64,000 bases of DNA, taken from positions 186,001 through 250,000 of IMG/VR virus record IMGVR_UViG_3300027782_000025; one strand, written 5' to 3'. Position 1 is the stretch's first letter. Each line of letters opens with the position of its first letter. Made by a program: the position numbers and the translations under genes. Positions 42,434 through 53,888 of this stretch are shown piece after piece. Under the pieces are notes generated by a model, which ran no database searches, was not told the origin of the DNA, and was given only the letters and a program-made list of their open reading frames with translations.

Positions 42434-43387
42434 ATGGCATATGATATTGATGCAATGCGCAAAAAGTTAAATCAGATGACTGGTAAGCAAATGGATGCGG
42501 ATGAATTCCGCCCCAAAAAGAACGAAAGCACGACAGAACCTATTAAGTATAGATTCTATGTCTTGCCACCACTTCTTGAGGGTGATGCGCTTAAGAGCGG
42601 TGTGGTGAAAAAACCAATGGATTTGTTTTATATTAAACACGGTTCCCATTGGATCAACAACCGACCTCACCCATGTCCAAGAGCAGCAGGATCGGCTGAA
42701 AAATGCCCAGTCTGCCAGTTCGGGTTTGATCAAATGCGTGATGAAAAAGACGAGGACAAGCGACGAAAAATCCGATCTGATTGGATGCCTTCTGAGAATT
42801 ATCTTGTCAACGTTTACTTCACCAACTGGAAAGGTAATCCAGAAGAACTAAGAGGCAAAGTAAAATTCTTCAATGCCACTTCTACCTGTTTTAAGCTATG
42901 GTCACAGGCATTAGAACGTGAAGATTGTGGCGATCCTGACGAACCAGAAGCATTTGGTGCTTTCTTCGACGAAAACAATGGTAGTCTATTCGAATTATCT
43001 GTCCTTAAACAAGGCAAGAATAATAGTTATGCTACTAGCGCTTTCAGAAAAGAAAAATCTGGGCCGATGGTTGTCGATGCCGATGGTAAGCCAAATCCAA
43101 AGGGGTTAGCAGCTCTTCTAAAGCTGAGAGTCAATCTTTGGGAAAAAGTCCAGATGCCTGACGCTGATGCTCTAAAATCACTCCTCAATAGTGTTATCAA
43201 TGGTGATGAATATACCCCTCCTAGCAACAACAAAGCAGATACCAGTTTTGATGTTGATGAGTTGGAAGGTAAGGCACCAGCGAAGCCAACACTAGCGAAG
43301 GGTGCAGGGGAAAAAATAAGTAAACCCAGCAGTGCGACTTCCGATACGGAAATCGATAATCTGCTTGGGCAGCTTAATGACGATTAA
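42434..43387 (+). CDS. Single-stranded DNA-binding protein, T4 gp32-like
   Basis: YRFYVLPP, H...CP......CPVC zinc site, GKVKFF, and acidic tail DTEIDNLLGQLNDD. Confidence 0.8.
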   Translation: MAYDIDAMRKKLNQMTGKQMDADEFRPKKNESTTEPIKYRFYVLPPLLEGDALKSGVVKKPMDLFYIKHGSHWINNRPHPCPRAAGSAEKCPVCQFGFDQMRDEKDEDKRRKIRSDWMPSENYLVNVYFTNWKGNPEELRGKVKFFNATSTCFKLWSQALEREDCGDPDEPEAFGAFFDENNGSLFELSVLKQGKNNSYATSAFRKEKSGPMVVDADGKPNPKGLAALLKLRVNLWEKVQMPDADALKSLLNSVINGDEYTPPSNNKADTSFDVDELEGKAPAKPTLAKGAGEKISKPSSATSDTEIDNLLGQLNDD

Positions 43388-43398
43388 GAGGTCCGACA

Positions 43399-43674
43399 AT
43401 GGCTATCGGTGTACATTTTGTACGTTTGGGTTTATTCACAGTTGATATCAACGGCGCTAGGATCGACAAAAGCGGTCTTGGCGCCTCTATCAATACCATG
43501 AAATCTACTAGTATGGAATTTCTGGTTATCCCTGACGCAGCTGTTCCTAATTCGTCTGGTTATCCTACGATGAAGGAATTTATAAAGCTAGAAGCAGACG
43601 ATAACTTCGTAGTAAGTCACATCGACCAATCAATTATAATCACATATAATCAGTCACAAGTTAATTCCGCTTGA
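43399..43674 (+). CDS. Hypothetical protein
   Basis: 91-aa ORF with GAGG RBS. Confidence 0.65.
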   Translation: MAIGVHFVRLGLFTVDINGARIDKSGLGASINTMKSTSMEFLVIPDAAVPNSSGYPTMKEFIKLEADDNFVVSHIDQSIIITYNQSQVNSA

Positions 43675-43691
43675 TGTAAGTAATTAAGAAT

Positions 43692-43733
43692 TAATTCCGT
43701 ATTATTTCATTGGTGACACCGATGGCGGAATTA
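43692..43733. terminator. Intergenic stem-loop (possible terminator or processing site)
   Basis: TAATTCCG/CGGAATTA outer stem with an inner CATTGGT/ACCGATG stem, in an AT-rich gap. Confidence 0.35.
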
Positions 43734-43781
43734 TTATATCATTTATTTAATCACGGACATCACCGAAAAGGCTAGTGCTAA

Positions 43782-44450
43782 ATGTCAGAAGAAGTGACCA
43801 AAAAACCAGATAGGTCGAGAATAGGTAAATCTAATGTTAGAAAGGGTAAGACATTAGAAAGAAGAGTAGCTCACCTTTTAACTGACTGGACAGGGGTCGA
43901 GTTCAGAAGGCGAAGAGTCGAAGGTCGAGACGCCACAGTGGTTGAGCGTGAATCGACTGCTGATGTTATACCTGTAAAAGGGATGGTACATTGCTCCATC
44001 GAGGCCAAATCTGGTCATGGCTTTAGTCTTGATGCACTGTTAAGTAGCCATGAAACTACAATTTTTACGAGTTGGTGGCACCAAGCAACATATGATTGCA
44101 CGATTTTAGAAACAGTATTTAAACGCTTATTTTTTCCGATGCTTTTCTTTAAGCCGCACGCGAATTTTGATTGGGTCGCTGTTGACCAGCGATTATTCCT
44201 ATATAACATCTTAAAGCCAAGTGTCACCGCAGCTGCAAATTATGCAAAAGCAATCGAAGTCAATCAACCGATATGGTTTCCGAGTATTTCATATGGGTAT
44301 TACCATATAGCGCCTAAAATATCCTTAAACGTTAGTCATTCTAAGAACAATAAAGTATTCGAATCTCTGCAGCTGCCATCTTTGTTTTTTTGCAGATGGA
44401 AAGACTTTGCTGCAAACATAGACCCCACTTCATTTTTCGTGGAAACATAA
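43782..44450 (+). CDS. Holliday junction resolvase, PD-(D/E)XK family
   Basis: KGKTLERRVA...ADVIP...SIEAK...PMLFFK. Confidence 0.7.
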   Translation: MSEEVTKKPDRSRIGKSNVRKGKTLERRVAHLLTDWTGVEFRRRRVEGRDATVVERESTADVIPVKGMVHCSIEAKSGHGFSLDALLSSHETTIFTSWWHQATYDCTILETVFKRLFFPMLFFKPHANFDWVAVDQRLFLYNILKPSVTAAANYAKAIEVNQPIWFPSISYGYYHIAPKISLNVSHSKNNKVFESLQLPSLFFCRWKDFAANIDPTSFFVET

Positions 44451-44465
44451 TGTAGGAGATGCACT

Positions 44466-44615
44466 ATGGGCTGCTGCGGAAATAAAACCAGAGTTATACC
44501 GATTAATAATATTGAGAGAGTGTCTGCAGCTAAACATAAACCAGTTATTGATCGTATAAATGTTAGACAAACACCACCGAAATACCCAACTAAAATCGAT
44601 AGGCATAGGGTGTAA
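44466..44615 (+). CDS. Small protein MGCCG... (49 aa; not in the ORF track)
   Basis: AGGAG RBS 7 nt before ATG44466; reads MGCCGNKTRVIP...IDRHRV*; fills the gap exactly. Confidence 0.6.
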   Translation: MGCCGNKTRVIPINNIERVSAAKHKPVIDRINVRQTPPKYPTKIDRHRV

Positions 44616-44617
44616 TT

Positions 44618-44884
44618 ATGGGATGTGGATGCGGATCTAGCGGTGTACAAAGGTCACAACCAGTGACTGAACAAGTTCGGCCACAAGCTGCCGAACAAGC
44701 CAGACCGCAGAAAGTCATACAAATCAGAAGTGCTTCTCGGCCAGAAATTGCGCCGATAGCATCAGCAGCAGCTCCAAACATTATAAAGTGCCCTAAATGC
44801 GATAGCCATACAATTCGTGTAAATATTTCTGGACGTCAAAGAATACAATGTTCTAACAGCAACTGCAGGAAAATCCTATCGTGA
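44618..44884 (+). CDS. Small Cys-rich protein MGCGCG... with C-terminal zinc ribbon
   Basis: MGCGCG start; CPKC...CSNSNC. Confidence 0.65.
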   Translation: MGCGCGSSGVQRSQPVTEQVRPQAAEQARPQKVIQIRSASRPEIAPIASAAAPNIIKCPKCDSHTIRVNISGRQRIQCSNSNCRKILS

Positions 44885-45267
44885 TAGCAGATATAATTAG
44901 CTTAGCACTTATAAGTGTGGCTGCCGAAAGAATAACCGAGATATTAGTAGCCAGTAAATTAGTCCAGCCTTTTAGGGACATATTAAGAGATAAAAACATA
45001 AACAGTATGTCTAATTATGGTTTATGGTGGTTTTTAGACAGTGTATTTCAGTGTGGTTATTGTATGTCAGTCTGGGTAAGCATTTCATTGTCTTGGCTGA
45101 CACCAGCTTTAATCAATGACAATTTTTATATAAATTATATATTAATGATATTTGTGGTTCATGGTTTTGCTAATTTTTATCATGTTTTTTTTGAATATGC
45201 TAGAAGAGGTCGAGCTAAATATTTTGAAGTTAATCTTGGGTACAAAAGGGTCAATGAAGATGGATGA
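44881..45267 (+). CDS. DUF1360-like membrane protein
   Basis: Hydrophobic helices with QCGYCMSVWV motif. Confidence 0.55.
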   Translation: MIADIISLALISVAAERITEILVASKLVQPFRDILRDKNINSMSNYGLWWFLDSVFQCGYCMSVWVSISLSWLTPALINDNFYINYILMIFVVHGFANFYHVFFEYARRGRAKYFEVNLGYKRVNEDG

Positions 45268-45760
45268 AATAGAACAATTAAAGAGTAGAGAAGAAAATCG
45301 GCTATCGCCCGAAGTCCTCAGGCCAACGGTGGTTAGAACTATCGATGATATTAAAATTATATTATCAGAAATAGACCCAACAAGAGCAACAGCTAGTAAA
45401 GAATTAGATATAGTAACGCTAATGGACGTACCAAATGGTATGCCTAACCAACGCTACCAAGTAACAGCTAAAACAAGATCTAAGACTAAACGCGAATATC
45501 TCATAGAAGGCATGGAGATAGTTAAAAAGACTATCGAATTTTCTAAAGAAGAACCGATATCAACAATGGTTAACGGTATCGAAGTAAAGCCTGCAAGGAT
45601 GCTTGATCGCACTACCATGAGAGCTTGGGTAGATAATTTGATCAGTCATTGGTTAGGGGCAGCAAGAGAAGGTCTTTTGATAACTTGGAAATTAGAAGAC
45701 GGTTATCAATACAACTATGAGATTTATGGCCACAAACTCACCAGAACCAAAATCGCGTGA
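45254..45760 (+). CDS. Hypothetical protein
   Basis: ORF whose likely ATG (45254 or 45260) overlaps the previous stop. Confidence 0.6.
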   Translation: MKMDEIEQLKSREENRLSPEVLRPTVVRTIDDIKIILSEIDPTRATASKELDIVTLMDVPNGMPNQRYQVTAKTRSKTKREYLIEGMEIVKKTIEFSKEEPISTMVNGIEVKPARMLDRTTMRAWVDNLISHWLGAAREGLLITWKLEDGYQYNYEIYGHKLTRTKIA

Positions 45761-46067
45761 AGTGGTTTTACCACCACTCATACAGTATCGTGATCTTGCT
45801 AATTATGTCCCAGCTTACGGTGACTTCTTAGTATGGTCGGGCTGGCTTTCAACTTGGTGCGGTGTGGTCACTAATTATAATAAAGAAACTAAAGACTTGT
45901 CGATTATTTTTAATAGCGTACCTTTTGTCCTTTTTACTCTATCTCCTTCTGAACAGGAGAAAGAAACCAAAGTCATTAAACTAGAGGCTATAAAAAATGC
46001 GCCGAAAGGGAAGTACGCCGTCCAACAAAGAGATTATTCCTCAAGTGCGGCCATCTGGTATATCTAA
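45717..46067 (+). CDS. Hypothetical protein
   Basis: 116-aa ORF in a tightly packed run. Confidence 0.55.
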   Translation: MRFMATNSPEPKSREVVLPPLIQYRDLANYVPAYGDFLVWSGWLSTWCGVVTNYNKETKDLSIIFNSVPFVLFTLSPSEQEKETKVIKLEAIKNAPKGKYAVQQRDYSSSAAIWYI

Positions 46068-46674
46068 CCAGCCTAACGCTACAGCACCGATGCCAAAACC
46101 GCCAGCGGTTCTAAGGTATCCGGAAATGCTTGGCGAAGACTACTTACCAGCCATTAAAGATACTTTGGCTTACGTTATAAAGCCATATGCTTTAGAAGGC
46201 TTATCGGTTATAATATCAAAAGACGAAAAATCTGACAATATTATGATATTATTTGCCGATTGGTTTGGAAATAAATTAGACTTATTAGAAAAAACGAATA
46301 AATTAGTGATAATGGCAGACGCATTCTTAGCTAACAATGTGCAAATTCTAATAAATTTCATGAAAATGATAAAAGTAAAACAAGCACAATACTTTTTCTC
46401 AGGTACAACTTATGAAGAAATGATACTGGTCGATATGCAGACCTCTATAAATAAAATGTGCGGACCAGGGATGATTAGAGATTTATTCAGCAAGATAATG
46501 AAGACGCAAGAAGTTTTAAAAGTAGAACCGATCGATGAGAGGGCTATAAGCGCTATAAACACCGGCAATGGTATCTATGAAGGAGATATCATTTTAAAAC
46601 CTTCTAGATTTAGACAATACCATAATCTAGAAAAGGGGCTTTATACTCCGTTATATGTGAAAATAACCAGATGA
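45997..46674 (+). CDS. Hypothetical protein
   Basis: 225-aa ORF coupled (ATGA) to the downstream glycosyltransferase; start uncertain. Confidence 0.55.
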   Translation: MRRKGSTPSNKEIIPQVRPSGISNQPNATAPMPKPPAVLRYPEMLGEDYLPAIKDTLAYVIKPYALEGLSVIISKDEKSDNIMILFADWFGNKLDLLEKTNKLVIMADAFLANNVQILINFMKMIKVKQAQYFFSGTTYEEMILVDMQTSINKMCGPGMIRDLFSKIMKTQEVLKVEPIDERAISAINTGNGIYEGDIILKPSRFRQYHNLEKGLYTPLYVKITR

Positions 46675-48635
46675 AACTATTTGTAAATAATCACCAAGAT
46701 ATCCAAAAATTAACAGATGCTCAGGGCAAAGTTGTTCAGGTACGACCAAATCAAAAAATCCTGTTGCCAGATTATTTTGATAAATACGTCACATCTGGGC
46801 ATTTAGTTCACGCTAGAGCGCCTACATCAGGAACTCGCAGCGCCGCTAGCCACACTAAAAACAGACAGTCAAACAGCCTATTAGAACGAAGAAACAAAAA
46901 AACCGAAACTAACATAATAAACCCCGAAAACAATCCATCGATACCAACGACTAAAAATAATCGCCAAAATATGCAAAGAGCCGAAATCCAAAGGCCGCAA
47001 GTACGCAGCCAAAGGCAGAATGCTGTCAGGCAAAAGAAAATACACACGTCGCCAAGGCAGGTCGATAGCCAAAATAAATTTAAAGGTAAATCTATACCCA
47101 ATCCAAGGGAGCAACATATTTATGATCAATCAGACAATCTGTCTGGAATTATAAACATCAGTAATGATATCGGAGTCGGAATACTATCATATAATAGACA
47201 GCAAAGCTTAAAAAGACTAGTTGATTCTATTATAAAAAACACTAATTTATCGAAGACCACTATCTTCATAAGCGATGATGGTAGCACAGAACCGGAAACA
47301 ATAAGTTATCTAAGCAAATTAGCAGCGACGAACCGATTTTGTATCATCATGAATGATAAGAATTTAGGAATAGCCGGCAATAGCAATCGACTTTTGCAAT
47401 GTCTCCAAAGATTTAAATACGGCATTATTTTAAATGATGATGTTGAAATCACCAGTTCTGGCTGGGAATATTTCTATCCTGACGCCATGCAAATTACTCA
47501 ATTTAAGCATTTCATATATAGAGAAAAAAACATATACGGCGCCACCATAGGCGACCCATATAATGTCAAAGGCATAAATCTTTTAAAAAGCGACAATCAA
47601 CCACAGGGTGCTGTTCTTGCATATGAGACATCTGCAGTAGAGAAGATCGGATTCTTCAACGAGGCTTATGGGCAGTATGGCATGGAGCATGTTGATTGGT
47701 CGACTAAGTTTAATGATTTTAGTCTACACGATGTTAATGGATTTTTTGATGTCTATGGTTCGAGTCGTTATTTCTTATTACATAATGAAAAATCATCTGT
47801 ACCAGAAAGAAGCGAAAAATTGCAATTCGCTAGAAATCTTTTCAGAAATCGAGAAATAAAGAAGTATAATCACTCTGAAGATTCTAAAACCGATTCTATT
47901 AGCGTTGTAATACCTTATAGGTCACAAGACCGATCAGCATCAGTTATTACCGTTATAGATAGTATAAAAGGACAATTATTCCCAACGATCAATATAATAT
48001 TATCAGAGCACGATCATAAAGCCACCATTGATACGACTGCTATTTTACCATCGATATGTCTCCATATTCACGCAGAATCTGAAGAACCATTTAATAAATC
48101 AAAAGCTTTCAATGGTGGTGTCGACATAGCAAAAGATGATTATCTTATATTGCATGACGCTGACATGCTAGTACCAAATTATTATGTGTCAGAAGTCTAT
48201 AAGACTTTATTATTTAACAGTAGTTGCCATCTAGGGAAAGATGTGAGTTACTATGATAATAATGACACAGACATAATCAATCGTGAAAAGCGTGTGTTCA
48301 AGCCGCAGAATTTTGAGCGTTACGTATCATACTTTGAAGGTGGATCATTAGCATGTACCAAAAAATATTACAGCGAAATAGGTGGTTTTTATGAGGCCTA
48401 TTCAGGATATGGCTGCGAAGATTGCGACTTTTATGCTAGATTAATCGCTGGTGGAAATTTTAAAGATGATCGTCGCATATCGCTTTACCATTTAAACCAT
48501 CCAAGAAGCGATAAATGGCAAAAATTTCACGACCAAAATGTAAAGCTAGAGACTACGCTTAAAACATTATCAAATATTGCAAGAATCGCTGATGCTAAAA
48601 ATTTATTAATACGAAAAGGATATAAAACAATATGA
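46671..48635 (+). CDS. Two-domain GT2/GT7-like glycosyltransferase
   Basis: Domain 1: VGILSYNR, ISDDGS, ILNDDV. Domain 2: SVVIPYR, FNKSKAFNGG, LHDADM, GGF.E.Y.GYGCEDCDF. Basic low-complexity N-terminal region. Confidence 0.8.
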   Translation: MKLFVNNHQDIQKLTDAQGKVVQVRPNQKILLPDYFDKYVTSGHLVHARAPTSGTRSAASHTKNRQSNSLLERRNKKTETNIINPENNPSIPTTKNNRQNMQRAEIQRPQVRSQRQNAVRQKKIHTSPRQVDSQNKFKGKSIPNPREQHIYDQSDNLSGIINISNDIGVGILSYNRQQSLKRLVDSIIKNTNLSKTTIFISDDGSTEPETISYLSKLAATNRFCIIMNDKNLGIAGNSNRLLQCLQRFKYGIILNDDVEITSSGWEYFYPDAMQITQFKHFIYREKNIYGATIGDPYNVKGINLLKSDNQPQGAVLAYETSAVEKIGFFNEAYGQYGMEHVDWSTKFNDFSLHDVNGFFDVYGSSRYFLLHNEKSSVPERSEKLQFARNLFRNREIKKYNHSEDSKTDSISVVIPYRSQDRSASVITVIDSIKGQLFPTINIILSEHDHKATIDTTAILPSICLHIHAESEEPFNKSKAFNGGVDIAKDDYLILHDADMLVPNYYVSEVYKTLLFNSSCHLGKDVSYYDNNDTDIINREKRVFKPQNFERYVSYFEGGSLACTKKYYSEIGGFYEAYSGYGCEDCDFYARLIAGGNFKDDRRISLYHLNHPRSDKWQKFHDQNVKLETTLKTLSNIARIADAKNLLIRKGYKTI

Positions 48636-49585
48636 GAATTCTAATGGTACGCCGAGTTAGCGGGGCATTTGGGTATATCACAGATGGTATGGTCAATGCT
48701 TTGCGATCTAAGGGGCATGAAGTTAAGCGATTCGATGGCGAAATGAGCACTTGGAACGAGTTCGATCCTGATATCTATATTGGATGTTCAGGCCACAGAG
48801 AAAGTATTCCCATCGAAGGGCGAAGAGCTAAAGTTGCTATACATGTTAACCCTTATGGCCCTGTTTCGATACCTGGCGGAATTAATGAAAGCCAAGACAG
48901 CGTTGATTGGGTTAAAAAGCAAAAACCAGATGTGGTCTTTGGTTATGGTTTCGATGAAGATGCTATACTTTGGAGCTATTGGCATCAAAGGGCTAACACA
49001 CGTTGGATACCAATGCCCACCGCAGCAGATGCTACTATATTCTCAGATTTAGGCCAAGATAGAAGAAACCAAATCATTTACCTCGGTGGAAGATGGACAT
49101 ATAAAGCAAAGACTATCGATTCGTACCTTCTACCAGTGTTAAATTCTTTTAGGGGAAAGTGGAAGTTATATGGCTGGGGCGAATGGCCAGAAGGAATGTC
49201 ATCGGGTGAACTGCCGCAACATGAAGCAAATGAGTTTTATAACACCGGAAAAGTAGCTCCATGTATTTCAGAAATTCATACTCATACACATAATATAGAT
49301 ATACCAGAACGAGTTTTTAAAGCTTGCTTGGCTGGTTGCTTGCCGATCCACGACACCGTTCCGGTATTATCAAGAGTTATACCAGGCCTCCCAGTCGCAA
49401 AAGATCCAAATGACTTTCTTGCACTGCACGCGCATTATCTTGCTCCTATAACAGAAAAAGAACTTAAAGAAAAAAGCGCAAGATTAAGAGATTGTGTGGC
49501 TAAAAACCACACATACCACCAAAGAATGCACAGACTATTGCACGGATTGGGTTTTCCAGCAGAGGCAAATGATATAATAATATAA
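48632..49585 (+). CDS. CgeB/Glyco_trans_1_2-like glycosyltransferase
   Basis: IIYLGG, ERVFKA, HTYHQR motifs. Confidence 0.65.
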   Translation: MRILMVRRVSGAFGYITDGMVNALRSKGHEVKRFDGEMSTWNEFDPDIYIGCSGHRESIPIEGRRAKVAIHVNPYGPVSIPGGINESQDSVDWVKKQKPDVVFGYGFDEDAILWSYWHQRANTRWIPMPTAADATIFSDLGQDRRNQIIYLGGRWTYKAKTIDSYLLPVLNSFRGKWKLYGWGEWPEGMSSGELPQHEANEFYNTGKVAPCISEIHTHTHNIDIPERVFKACLAGCLPIHDTVPVLSRVIPGLPVAKDPNDFLALHAHYLAPITEKELKEKSARLRDCVAKNHTYHQRMHRLLHGLGFPAEANDIII

Positions 49586-49586
49586 T

Positions 49587-50231
49587 ATGGCGCTCTTAAC
49601 TGATAAATTTTTGTTTTTACACATACCAAAAACTGGTGGTTCATATATAAGAAAAGTCATCGATCTTATACATATAAAATGGGTTGAAAAAAGCCACCAC
49701 CATAGCTGTTTCCCTGGATTGTTAGATCATTTATCATCGAATGATCTCTTAGGAAAAACCGTTATCTGCTTTATCAGGCATCCATTAACTTGGTATCAAT
49801 CACGCTGGGCTTTTAGATTGTCGCACCAAAGTGGTTGGCAAGGTAATGGTCTTGACCTAGCATGTGGGTCTAATGATTTTAACATGTTCGTTAACAATTG
49901 TATAGATTATACCGGTAGCGATAAGGGTTGGGCATCGTATAAAATGACTAAATTTATCGATAATATACCAAGCGGATTAAAGACCTTTATCGGCAAGCAA
50001 GAGAATCTTCGTAATGATCTTATATCGGCTCTGATAGAATGCGGAGCGGTTATAGCTGAAACCGAACTGCCGCTATCGCCAAAATTTAACATGTCCTTGA
50101 ATGATGGTAAACAGTCCCACATTATAGCCAAATACGACATAAAGACATATGAGCGTGTAATGCAGTTTGATGGCGAATTTATGAATAAATACTATAAAGA
50201 TTATAACGTTGACCATAAAATCCTTTTTTGA
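49587..50231 (+). CDS. Sulfotransferase family 2-like protein
   Basis: FLHIPKTGGS (5'-PSB-like), FIRHPLTWYQS, FIGKQENL. Confidence 0.6.
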   Translation: MALLTDKFLFLHIPKTGGSYIRKVIDLIHIKWVEKSHHHSCFPGLLDHLSSNDLLGKTVICFIRHPLTWYQSRWAFRLSHQSGWQGNGLDLACGSNDFNMFVNNCIDYTGSDKGWASYKMTKFIDNIPSGLKTFIGKQENLRNDLISALIECGAVIAETELPLSPKFNMSLNDGKQSHIIAKYDIKTYERVMQFDGEFMNKYYKDYNVDHKILF

Positions 50232-51121
50232 GTCCGGTAGCACCTGAGCTCGGTCGATGGTATGTAACCATGGCTGGACGAATAGGAGCATCCGTGAATA
50301 AACCCATATACAGTATAATAACGTGTGTTTCTAATTTTGACATTTATAATGAATGCGTTGTAAATTCATTTTATAATAGCAAGATCAACAAAGAACACTA
50401 TGAACTAATACCAATAGACAATAGAATGTCGATATATACAGCACCACAAGCCCTTAATTATGGTCTAATTATTGCTAAATCTGACTTAATTATATGCTGC
50501 CATCAGGATATTTCATTCCTGCCAGGATTCTTCGATGAGGTAGAAAAATCGGTAAAAAAAGCTGGAGGCGATTGGGGAATAATTGGTAGTTCAGGCCGAT
50601 CAATAGAAATAGATGAAGTTAGTAAGAAACCAGATTGGGTAGGTGTGGTATACAATGGTCACCCAAATCAGCTTGGAGATGATTTTGACAATAAACTTAT
50701 TAAATGCTGGGATGGTAAAAAAGAAATGAAAGAAGTGCATTGTGTCGATGAATGCTTATTCATGATAAATAAGCGACACAATATCACATTTAATCCTGAG
50801 ATAAATGGTTTTCATTTTTACGGAGCTGATTTAGCGCTCTCTATGAGATCAGCTGGGCACAAAGTATATGCCACATATCTTCCAAGCATTCACCATGGTG
50901 CTTATTCAGGCAGCCTTAAAGCGAAGGATGATTATTGGCCTTTGTTTAGAAAACTACTTAACATGTGGTCTACAATTTTTCCAGAATGCTATGGCACTCA
51001 TTTCCACTGGACCACGTCCGAAGTAGGCATGGAAATAGCATCTTACATCTCAATAGAATCTGATACCGAGAGTTTTAGAGCTTCAACGACCAACATAAAA
51101 ATAAGAGAAAATAGAAAATGA
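50228..51121 (+). CDS. GT2-like glycosyltransferase (Glyco_tranf_2_5-like)
   Basis: YSIITCV, LNYGL, CCHQDI, VDECL, FHFYGADL. Start may be ATG50270. Confidence 0.7.
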   Translation: MSPVAPELGRWYVTMAGRIGASVNKPIYSIITCVSNFDIYNECVVNSFYNSKINKEHYELIPIDNRMSIYTAPQALNYGLIIAKSDLIICCHQDISFLPGFFDEVEKSVKKAGGDWGIIGSSGRSIEIDEVSKKPDWVGVVYNGHPNQLGDDFDNKLIKCWDGKKEMKEVHCVDECLFMINKRHNITFNPEINGFHFYGADLALSMRSAGHKVYATYLPSIHHGAYSGSLKAKDDYWPLFRKLLNMWSTIFPECYGTHFHWTTSEVGMEIASYISIESDTESFRASTTNIKIRENRK

Positions 51122-51930
51122 TCGATTTGTTTATTAACTGTCATACTGCAGGTTATGATTGTCTTGATGATAGCATATTTGAACATAAATCGATTAACGC
51201 CAAGAGAATCGCCTGTGGCATGACCAGGCCGCCAAAATATGATTTATCTGAAGTATCAGATTTTTTTCCAACCTATGCTTCCTTAAATTCATCGATTTTT
51301 GAAAGTTCTATAATATTGACAATCTGGGAACATATAGAAAATATTAGCGATAATGAATATATTGGTTTTTTACATACAGATATCGAACCTTACTTTACGA
51401 AAGATGAATTATGGGCTAAGATTATCGACTCTTTATCGCCAAATGATGTAGCTTTAGGTGTTTCATTTCCAGCAGAGTACAAAATCACTCAATGCGGTGA
51501 GTGGGACTTAAAAAATGATTTTGTCCTTAGACCATCATTAGACCCAATGGTGCGCAATAAATTCGACTTAGAGAGATCGATTTGGGATACTATTAAGAGA
51601 CTTGATCGTCCAATCTATGAGTTTGCAATGTCTAAAAATCCGCCAATGATTTACTCGCATATGTTTATAACCACTAGAGAGATTTTTAATAAACTTGGGA
51701 TGAGAATGCGTAATATGTTAGATAGATTATTAGCATCAGAAATGGGTCTTTGGACACCGCATTTATTCGAACGTCTTGTAGGACTTTACCTATCCGAAAT
51801 ATGCAGTGTAAAAAATGTCGCTGCATTTATACATCATGCGGGATCTAGTCCTACTAAACCGGGCGCTTTAAATCTTTATGGGACTGCAGGATATAAATAT
51901 TATAAAACTTCAAGAAAGATTTTTGTTTAA
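51118..51930 (+). CDS. Glycan-cluster protein, DUF4422-like
   Basis: IGFLH, HMFITTREIF, LFERLV patterns; last gene of the GT run. Confidence 0.4.
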   Translation: MIDLFINCHTAGYDCLDDSIFEHKSINAKRIACGMTRPPKYDLSEVSDFFPTYASLNSSIFESSIILTIWEHIENISDNEYIGFLHTDIEPYFTKDELWAKIIDSLSPNDVALGVSFPAEYKITQCGEWDLKNDFVLRPSLDPMVRNKFDLERSIWDTIKRLDRPIYEFAMSKNPPMIYSHMFITTREIFNKLGMRMRNMLDRLLASEMGLWTPHLFERLVGLYLSEICSVKNVAAFIHHAGSSPTKPGALNLYGTAGYKYYKTSRKIFV

Positions 51931-52215
51931 ATATTTATCAATTACAAGAGCGAAAGTCGCTTCAATATATTCAAACCATTCTGACGGTATATCGCTAAAA
52001 TTGCTCATGCTATCGTTAAGCCCTGCCTTCATTGTGATAAATATCGTATTTTCTTTTATGTTTAGAACTATAGGCGTTAAATTAAGATTTAAGTCATTGG
52101 TTTTACTTTTAAAATTAATATCTGTGGCTATATTACCGATATCGACAGCTCTAACAAGAATACTTGATAATTGGCTTGATATGCGATATTTTTTGGTGAT
52201 ATCTGTAGTCGGCAT
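51910..52215 (-). CDS. Hypothetical protein
   Basis: 101-aa ORF, 1 bp downstream of the preceding minus-strand gene. Confidence 0.5.
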   Translation of the reverse strand: MPTTDITKKYRISSQLSSILVRAVDIGNIATDINFKSKTNDLNLNLTPIVLNIKENTIFITMKAGLNDSMSNFSDIPSEWFEYIEATFALVIDKYLNKNLS

Positions 52216-52216
52216 T

Positions 52217-52786
52217 TTAGAATTTCTTCTTTAAAGTAGCTCCGGGGAAGTTTTTAGTAACATCTTGAGATATCTTTTTACCTTCGTCGCTTATCTTTTT
52301 TCTTACTTCTTTTAGCTGGCTTTTCGATACACCATCGGTGTTAGAAAGCATCGCCACCCAACCGCTAGGCTGTAATGCCAACATTGTTTTAGCTGTGTCT
52401 TGGGTGCTCTGCGCCAGAGATTTTAAATCAGTCTTTAATAGATATCTAGGCTCGATAGCATAAAGAGCTGATGTGATAATGCTTGGTGCATATGTTTTTA
52501 GCTCGGTCATGGATTTTTTTAAATCTTTGTACTTATTTGCGTTTTTCTTGTCGGAATCTAATATTTTTAAAAAGCCTGAGATAAAGTCATCACTAATTGT
52601 CGACCACGTATCAGAGCTAGGTTGCTTGAAATATGATCTCAATAGTTTAGCTGGCTCAGAGTCTTTATATCGGTCATCATTAAAAAGTATATCGATTAGC
52701 TGGCCAAATATCTGGCTGATATTTAAGACAGGAGTGCCGCCGCTAGAGATACTACCAGCAGCTTCATAAATATTTAATAATTTCAT
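52217..52786 (-). CDS. Hypothetical protein (possible capsid-internal protein)
   Basis: 189 aa; GAGG RBS; N-terminus MKLLNIYE-A. Confidence 0.6.
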   Translation of the reverse strand: MKLLNIYEAAGSISSGGTPVLNISQIFGQLIDILFNDDRYKDSEPAKLLRSYFKQPSSDTWSTISDDFISGFLKILDSDKKNANKYKDLKKSMTELKTYAPSIITSALYAIEPRYLLKTDLKSLAQSTQDTAKTMLALQPSGWVAMLSNTDGVSKSQLKEVRKKISDEGKKISQDVTKNFPGATLKKKF

Positions 52787-52787
52787 T

Positions 52788-53864
<1,077 letters not shown>

Positions 53865-53888
53865 TTACCGGTTTTAGAAAGGGATATC

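Noticed and set aside
45997-46674. RNA/DNA ligase-like nucleotidyltransferase (EGDIILKP)
   Set aside because: No KxDG adenylation motif; one short match is insufficient, so it is left as hypothetical.
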